Below, in pieces: positions 57,195 through 64,000 of a stretch of 64,000 bases of DNA. The notes beneath the pieces are model-generated. The model did no database searches, had not been told where the DNA came from, and saw only the letters and a program-made list of their open reading frames with translations. The stretch comes from Anolis carolinensis. Lineage: Eukaryota. Where the stretch lies: contig NC_085843.1 of the NCBI RefSeq assembly GCF_035594765.1, positions 234,151,971 to 234,215,970 of the forward strand, in the 5' to 3' direction. Numbering within the stretch: the first letter of the stretch is position 1; every line of letters starts with the position of its first letter. The position numbers were made by a program, and so were the translations under genes.

Positions 57195-58434
57195 TGTTGT
57201 CGACCGCGTTTTAGGGGATCGGGCCCTTAAGGAGAGACCCGACCCGGTCCGGAGGGAACGGACCTTGGCGAAGCCAAAAGGAGAATATAAGCCGCAATAC
57301 AACCTGAAGCCGAAATGAAGAAGGTCCGCCAAAGTTGAAGGAAAATCCGCCAAGGAGTCTTTTTTGAGCGATTCAGCTGAAAAGGACGCTAATAGCGATC
57401 ATTCAATCTACTAGCGTATCATATGTTTCAAATAAAGCCATATTTATACAATGTTTCGGTCTGACAGCCCTTTGAATTTCCCGCCCCGCTCCCCCGCCCA
57501 TCTAATCGCGGATAGGCTGGGAGGTTGAACGAGGCGGGCTTTCGTTTCCCGCCTCGCTCTGCTGGCCCAATGGGGAGCCGCTTTTTGTCCCCACTCGGGC
57601 CAATCAGAGAGGAGGAGGCGGGAGCTATTGAAACAATGAAGTGACAGGGCAGGAAATATCAGATTAGTCCTTGCCCGGCCGATTTCTAAAGGGATTAATG
57701 ACAGTCATCAGGGGTTCCTGTCATGTACACTGATTTCAGATATGCCTTAAGGTGTCAGGGGGGAAGTAAGGATGGGTGGCAATGGGCGCAGCAGGGCGAG
57801 GCGGGAAACGAAAGCCCGCCTCGTTCAACCTCCCAGCCTATCCGCGATTAGATGGGCGGGGGAGCGGGGCGGGAAATTCAAAGGGCTGTCAGACCGAAAC
57901 ATTGTATAAATATGGCTTTATTTGAAACATATGATACGCTAGTAGATTGAATGATCGCTATTAGCGTCCTTTTCAGCTGAATCGCTCAATAAAGACTCCT
58001 TGGCGGATTTTCCTTCAACTTTGGCGGACCTTCTTCATTTCGGCTTCAGGTTGTATTGCGGCTTATATTCTCCTTTTGGCTTCGCCAAGGTCCGTTCCCT
58101 CCGGACCGGGTCGGGTCTCTCCTTAAGGGCCCGATCCCCTAAAACGCGGTCGACAACATAATTTGGCTTTACCACGAAGGGACTTGCTTGGAAGTTCCAA
58201 AGATCAATTTCTAGGCTAAAATTCCAAGCGGCGACCTTGGTCCAGATATTCTGGAACAGGTTGGGGAGAGAAACGGCTGCAAGGAGGGCCCTCCGACCAA
58301 CAATTTGACCTCATTTCGGCTTCAGGTTGTATTGCGGCTTATATTCTCCTTTTGGCTTCGCCAAGGTCCGTTCCCTCCGGACCGGGTCGGGTCTCTCCTT
58401 AAGGGCCCGATCCCCTAAAACGCGGTCGACAACA
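57195..58434 (+). mobile_element. Internally deleted endogenous retrovirus / LTR element: palindromic 5' LTR (57195-58158), PBS, short leader, last 124 bp of 3' LTR (58311-58434)
   Basis: TG...CA ends; 4-bp TSD GGAC (57191-57194 / 58435-58438); TATAAA 57905, AATAAA 57988; 58311-58434 is identical to 58035-58158. Confidence 0.8.
58164..58184 (+). other. Primer-binding site, tRNA-Arg-like
   Basis: TGGC(ttt)ACCACGAAGGGACT, 5 nt after the LTR end, versus TGGCGACCACGAAGGGACT expected for a vertebrate tRNA-Arg 3' end. Confidence 0.7.
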
Positions 58435-59562
58435 GGACCTTCGGGACAGAGGTAGTTTCTAGTTCATTAGTGCCTCTGTCCTTGGGAGAACTATAGATCA
58501 CAGAGTTCAATTCATTTATGTTTTTTTTTTAAATTAGGAGTAGGGTTGGAGGGCTTCGATAACAAATCCAAAAGAACCAGTATGGAAAGACACTGATATA
58601 AGCACTGAAAAGCCTCAGAACAGTCCTGAAAAGTAATGTGCTATTTGTTTCACATTAAATTTTTAAAAGAAATAAGTTATACATTCCATTATGAATGCTG
58701 CACTATCAATACTGGTTTTTTTTTAAAAAAAGAAAATTAACAAGACCAACCAGAAAAACTAAAAAATTATCAAAACTTGCCCAATCCTCAGTAGCATTTT
58801 TGCAATAATGAGTAAAATCGCAATTGTCTCACCTCTCTTGGTTAGTCCAAGAAAAAAATAAGTAGTGTTTGTGCCTTAAGAATACCTGTTGACTTATGGC
58901 AGTTCCATGAATTTCATAGGATTTTCTTAGGAAAAGAATACACAGAGGCGATTTTGCCAGTTCCTTCCTCTGAAATATAGCCTACCGTATTTTGTATTCA
59001 TTGGTGATCTCTCATCCAAGTACCAATCAAAGCTGACCTTGTTTACCATCCAATATCAAAGATCTCATAACTTTAGACCTCCAGCAAGGTTAGATGCAGA
59101 GAATTAACTGTTGAATGATGAATTAACACATAGGTAAATCTTGTTGATTCATAGTGTAGCTTCTCTGGGATGCTAATAACATTTAGAACCAGTGTTTTCA
59201 GTATTCTTGTTTTGAAAGTAAACAATGTTCCCCTAGTTACTTAAAACATCAATAAAAGCTGTGTTGTAAGTACTTTTAATACAGTACTTACAGGCTCTGG
59301 AATAGCTCACATTTTTGGTGTCCTGCCAGCAAGAATATCAGATATAAATATGGGAGCCCTTGGGTTCAGCAGAGCAACTCGCTAGCATGAAAATAAAAGA
59401 GCACTTTTTTCTTTTTTCTTATTATTTCCATAATGCATACATTAGCAATTTTCACAAATATATACTACCTTTGAAGGAATTTTCTCAAAATGACTCACCT
59501 CTATTGACAGTAAAAACAGTTAAGACAGCATAACCAAATACATGATGTATATGATATCATTA

Positions 59563-59890
59563 GGGGCCCCTGGTGGCACAGTGCGTTAAAGTGCTGAGCT
59601 GCTGAACTTGCAGACCAAAAAGTGCCAAGGTTCAAATCCCGGGAACGGAATGAGCGCCAGCTGTTAGCACCAGCTCCTGCCAACCTAGCAGTTCAAAAAC
59701 ATGCAAATGTGAGTAGATCAATAGGTACCGCTCTGGCAGGAAGGTAACGGCGCTCCATGCAGTCATGCCGGCCACATGATCTTGGAGGTGTCTACGGACA
59801 ACACCGGCTCTTCGGCTTAGAAATGGAGATGATCACCAACCCCCAAAGTCGTTCACGACTGGACTTAACGTCAGGGGAAAACCTTTACCT
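59563..59890 (+). mobile_element. Sauria SINE, full length
   Basis: A/B boxes, ACCTTTACCT tail, 12-bp TSD ATGATATCATTA. Confidence 0.93.
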
Positions 59891-60615
59891 ATGATATCAT
59901 TACTATAGTATAGTATTCCATGCTCACCTAGGTCTGATTAATTTTAACAGGGAGGGAAATTTCAGTTTTCATACTGTTGTCTCTAGTATTGCTTCTGGCA
60001 TAATGTGGAAGCAACAGAGTTCATTCTGGGAAGTCCCACACAACTATCCAAATATTAATATTTTTACTAGCCTGCCAGGGAATCTGCATCACGACTGGAC
60101 CACACAATTAGAGACAATTAGGGAGATGGATGGGGTTAAGTCTAGGAAGCTTTCTAGACAGTATTTCAAAAGAATGACAGACGGACACACTGGGCAAACC
60201 AGTCTGTGTTTGTGAGTAAGAAGAACAGCAGAAAAAAATGGTCTACTTTGATCAGAAGTTCTCAAAAAGGAAGTTGAAATTAAAATGAAATCATTAGCAG
60301 TTTTCTTCCACTAGAATTCACCTTTGACAAATAGTGTAGTCATTCAGTTAGCCTATTTTCTTTAAAGAAATTAGAAAAACCATTTTGTCCATGGACAGTG
60401 AAAGACACACTTTAATAAGAGGGGGTAGGCTGAACGCAAAGCTTTAGAAATAGTAAACCAATCTGAGGCAAAGTTATCAAAACTAAACAAACCGTAGAAA
60501 TTAAGGAACACTGTAATGTACAGAACAGCCTCTATATCCATAGGTTTGGCCCTTTATCCCAATCTCACAAAGTATGTCTTTTGTGTACATTTTCTAGGTT
60601 CTCTATAGTATTATT

Positions 60616-60652
60616 TTCTTCTTCTTCTTCTTCTTCTTCTTCTTTTTTTTTT
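60616..60652. repeat. (TTC)n plus poly(T)
   Basis: Seen directly. Confidence 0.9.
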
Positions 60653-62751
60653 ACTGTAGACAAGAATATACTATAGGCCAGGATGTGTCAAAGTACAATT
60701 TTTAATAACACAGAGAGATAATGAATATGTAATGTGGCTATCAATAAGCAGAGGCATTCAAACACTCATTAAATAATCATCAACAGGGACAGTATTCAGA
60801 TACTTATTATATGATTATCACTGGCAGATGTGCACAAGCACACAATGTGAATCCTAGTAATAACTCTTTTTGTCTGTGATGCTGCTAGAGCATAATGTTG
60901 AGGGCCCGCACACAACATGCCTCATCCACCAATTGAATATGTCAGAGTGTAGGCAATTGAAATGGAGATAAAGCTCAGCATGTCAAAACAGAATAGATTA
61001 CATCGTTGGACTGTTCTTCCTCATCAGATTTAATCATCTGGTTACGTCGGCACCAGCTTGCGCATGAACGAAACAGTTTATGAGGAAGCGCCTTTTATTT
61101 TTAGATGACATTTTATAGAAGAATGCCCCCCTCTATGTGAGACAGAAAAGCTCCTCAGACAGTTCTTACGACTCGTGTTTTAAAAGTTGCTTTGGTATTT
61201 ACAAAGCGCTAGAAACCAATTTGATGGACTCCTTTGTTTTAAATTAATTATTGGACTGAATCAATGCTTCTCTTATAAAGCATTCCCTGATTTGCAAAAT
61301 AATGTGATCTCATTAGGCATTTTTTGTAGTCCCCCAAAACAAACATATGGCTACTCTGCACACTTTGTGTTCATATCCTTAATTTATTCTCACCGTCGAG
61401 TTGTGGGAGCTGTGTCCAAAAAAGTAATTTTTCAAGCTGTTGCCTATAGTTGTGCTATGGGGAGAACCTCCAGGTCAACTCCATCTTCCACACATTTTAG
61501 ATTACGTGTCCATATACTGATGTGTTACTAGGCAACCACAACATTTCTCAAACAAAAGGAAAAGCTGTGCCAAACCACTAGGTTACTTCAAATCATTAGC
61601 AGCACTTTAGTCCAAGTATGGAAAAAATTATCCACTCTGTGAGCAGAAACTGTTTGAAACCAGTCTCTTCCAAGAAGTATCTCTTCTTCAGAAACTCAAA
61701 GCTGTAGCAAGAAGGTACCCTGGGTTTGTAAAAGGATTATTTGAGGGGAAACATTCCTTTTATCTTGATTATGCACTTTTTGCGGCTCTCATCTCAGAGT
61801 CATTGATGCTTTCAGGAACAGAAACAATTTATACATAATCTGTGACATTTCCTTTGTTCCCAGTTAAGATGTTACCCTGATTTGATTTCAAAATATTTCA
61901 GAAAGGATTATCTCCAGATACACAATGCCTCCTTCATGTTCCTACTCCTCAATTCTAGTCTCTTTGCAAGAAGAGATTTCTTATCCTAGGCAGCCACCTT
62001 GTGGTTTGCATTGATTATGCAGCCTCCATCCATCTTAATTAAATTCATTTTAGATTCTTAGCTAGTACAGCCAGCCTACCACATTAGCTGGGGTTAGGGG
62101 CCCAGGACTCCTGTGCAAATGCAAAATAACAAATAATGCAATATGCTATTATTTTTAACCTAAGAGACCACTTCTCTAGAAATCTCTAGGTCCTCCAGCA
62201 TGACTGGAGAAATTTGACTTTAGAGTCACACTGGAGGGCCTAGAGAGAATTTTAGAGAGAACATTTTAAATCAAAGCTGAGAATAATTAAACCTGCAAAA
62301 GTCAAAACTGCAAATGTGGAGAGATGACTGTATAGCATAATTGAGTACTGGATTAGGACTCCTTTGATCAGAGCTTTCCAAACTCTGTGTCAGTTGCAGT
62401 GTGTAGGTATGTCACGTGCATGTACGAGAAATCTCTGACGGCCCTTCCCCATAGCTATATAACCCAGAACATGAAGGCAGATAATCCACAATATCTGCTT
62501 TGAACTGAGTTATCTGAGTCCACACTTGCCAATGTGGATTTTATACAGCTGTGTGGACGTGGCCTATCTGAAATAAGCAATAAAGCATACATATATTTAA
62601 AAATATATAAATGAAAGATTTTCATGAAATATGTTGTGTACCGATACATTTCCTTATTACAATTTATGTGTCATCTTCTTACAAGGGTTTGGTTCAACCT
62701 CCAATTGACTAGTAAAACTGAATTACTGTGTTGCAAAAGAATGCAAAAGAT

Positions 62752-63249
62752 TGACTGCATAGAGCGCCGTAACATTCCCACCGGAGTGGTACCTATTGAT
62801 CTACTCACATTTGTATGTTTTCGAACTGCTAGGTTGGCAGAAGATGAGGTTAACAGCGGGCGCTCATTCCGCTCCCGGGATTCGAACCGCTGACCTTTCA
62901 GTCAGAAAGATCAGCAGCTCAGCGGTTTAATTCACTGCACCACCGGGGTCCTCTTTATTACGGTATTTTTATTATAATATTCTCTTATTTGCATATACTG
63001 GAACAAGAAATGTTTTTCTGTAGCAAATTCAATTCTTCCTGTGTTTTCATCACAAAGTTCCCGTCTTGTGTTCTCAATATTTCTTTATATGTAAGTCAAT
63101 TGGCGCTCCATGCAGTCATGCCAGCCACATGACCTTGGAGGTGTCTACAGACAACGCCGGTTCTTCATCTTAGAAATGGAGATGAGCACCGACCCCCAGA
63201 GTCGGACACGGCTGGACTTAACGTCAGGGGAAACCTTTACCTTTACCTA
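62752..63249. mobile_element. Two Sauria SINE halves in opposite orientation (62752-62951 minus, 63102-63249 plus)
   Basis: 5' half on the minus strand and 3' half with (ACCTTT)n tail on the plus strand. Confidence 0.75.
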
Positions 63250-63284
63250 CTAAGCCAATTGGCATTTGTTGGATTTTCAAAGTA

Positions 63285-63530
63285 GTCTGTAGATAGTTTG
63301 TAGGTTGTGTTCAAGGTGGCCAATTGAAACATTGACACCTGCCTCAAGCAGGCAAGAGTTCTTTCTCCCACCCTGGACATTCCACAGATATATAAACCCC
63401 ACTTGATTTGCTTGCAACAGACCTCACACCTCTGAGGATGCTTGCCATAAATGCGGGCGAAAAGTCAGGAGAGAATGCTTCTGGGACATGACCATACAGC
63501 TCAGAAAACTCAGAGCAACCCAGTGATTCC
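63285..63530 (+). mobile_element. Penelope pLTR fragment with hammerhead-like motif
   Basis: Aligns to 35085-35284. Confidence 0.8.
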
Positions 63531-63539
63531 ACACAGGGA

Positions 63540-64000
63540 ACTAACCGCTGGCGCGCTCAGAAGTCGTATCTCTATAGGTTAGCGTCACGCGTTTTTTGAC
63601 CAATAGCAGAAGGAGCTTGATACGGAAGTTCGCGTGCCGCGGCGGGCGCTTCCTCGGCGTGTGATTGGCTGGCTGCGGTCAGGTGGGTGAGCCGGTCCCT
63701 CGCTCCCCCTCCCAACCGTGTGCTGCGCAGTCGAACTTTGGCGCAGCCGGGTCCCGCTCCGTTGGAAGAAGAGGCGGCGGCAACGACGGTGGCTCGGAGT
63801 GAGGGGTGAGGCAGAGCTTGACAGCGGGCAGGCCCCGCCTTTCTTCCCTACTTGGATCCGGGGAGGGAGCGGGAGGCCGTTGTGCGACTAGGCTCCTTGC
63901 TGGCACACAGTCTAGGTTGCCTTTCCTCCGCGGGGCTCCTCTGGTCGGGGTTGCAAGGTCCCTCAGCTTTGGATTATTGTTTTCCTTCCTGGAAAGGCCT
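63540..64000 (+). promoter_or_regulatory. CpG-island promoter / non-coding first exon of the next gene, probably ZFYVE27 (protrudin)
   Basis: CpG-rich, CCAAT boxes (63600, 63664), ETS site CGGAAGT (63624), candidate donors gtgag. Gene identity rests only on the conserved PI4K2A-AVPI1-MARVELD1-ZFYVE27 order; no coding sequence is visible. Confidence 0.6.

Larger units (their letters stand above)
55269..58495 (-). mobile_element. Long solo-LTR-like element (about 1.4 kb once two nested insertions are removed)
   Basis: Imperfect terminal inverted repeat TGCAGTTCTCCTAAG / CTTGGGAGAACTATA; on the minus strand CCAAT (55611, 55526), TATAAA (55462-55457), AATAAA (55376-55371) and a U/GU-rich tail in LTR order. 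No clean TSD. Confidence 0.5.

Noticed and set aside
57195-58434. DIRS retrotransposon or Ginger DNA transposon as explanation for the inverted repeats
   Set aside because: DIRS elements do not normally leave a TSD or use a tRNA PBS. Ginger fits TG..CA and a 4-bp TSD but not the TATA-AATAAA-U5-PBS order or the internal direct repeat. LTR origin is preferred, not proven.
59563-59650. tRNA gene (A and B boxes)
   Set aside because: It is the tRNA-derived head of a Sauria SINE with a TSD; the same applies to the other SINE heads.

Overview
Squamate reptile genomic DNA, most likely an Anolis lizard (Sauria SINE, Vingi-tailed SINE, Bov-B, Penelope, hAT and Tc1/mariner MITE content). It holds the conserved vertebrate gene block PI4K2A (+, 9 coding exons, 480 aa), AVPI1 (-, 2 coding exons, 159 aa, full CRE in its CpG-island promoter) and MARVELD1 (+, single coding exon, 175 aa), and ends in a CpG-island promoter that by synteny should be ZFYVE27. 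Most of the rest is transposable elements. The most unusual region is the nested cluster at 55269-58495. It contains a young, internally deleted retrovirus-like insertion (4-bp TSD GGAC, tRNA-Arg-like PBS) whose 964-bp 5' LTR is palindromic: two near-identical 370-bp inverted arms give back-to-back TATA promoters, and the poly(A) signal is mutated only in the antisense arm. This element and a hairpin-rich hAT MITE both sit inside an older, long solo-LTR-like element. Penelope fragments with minimal hammerhead-ribozyme motifs lie next to two promoters. All coordinates and alignments were made by eye; family names are from recalled consensus features, not database searches.
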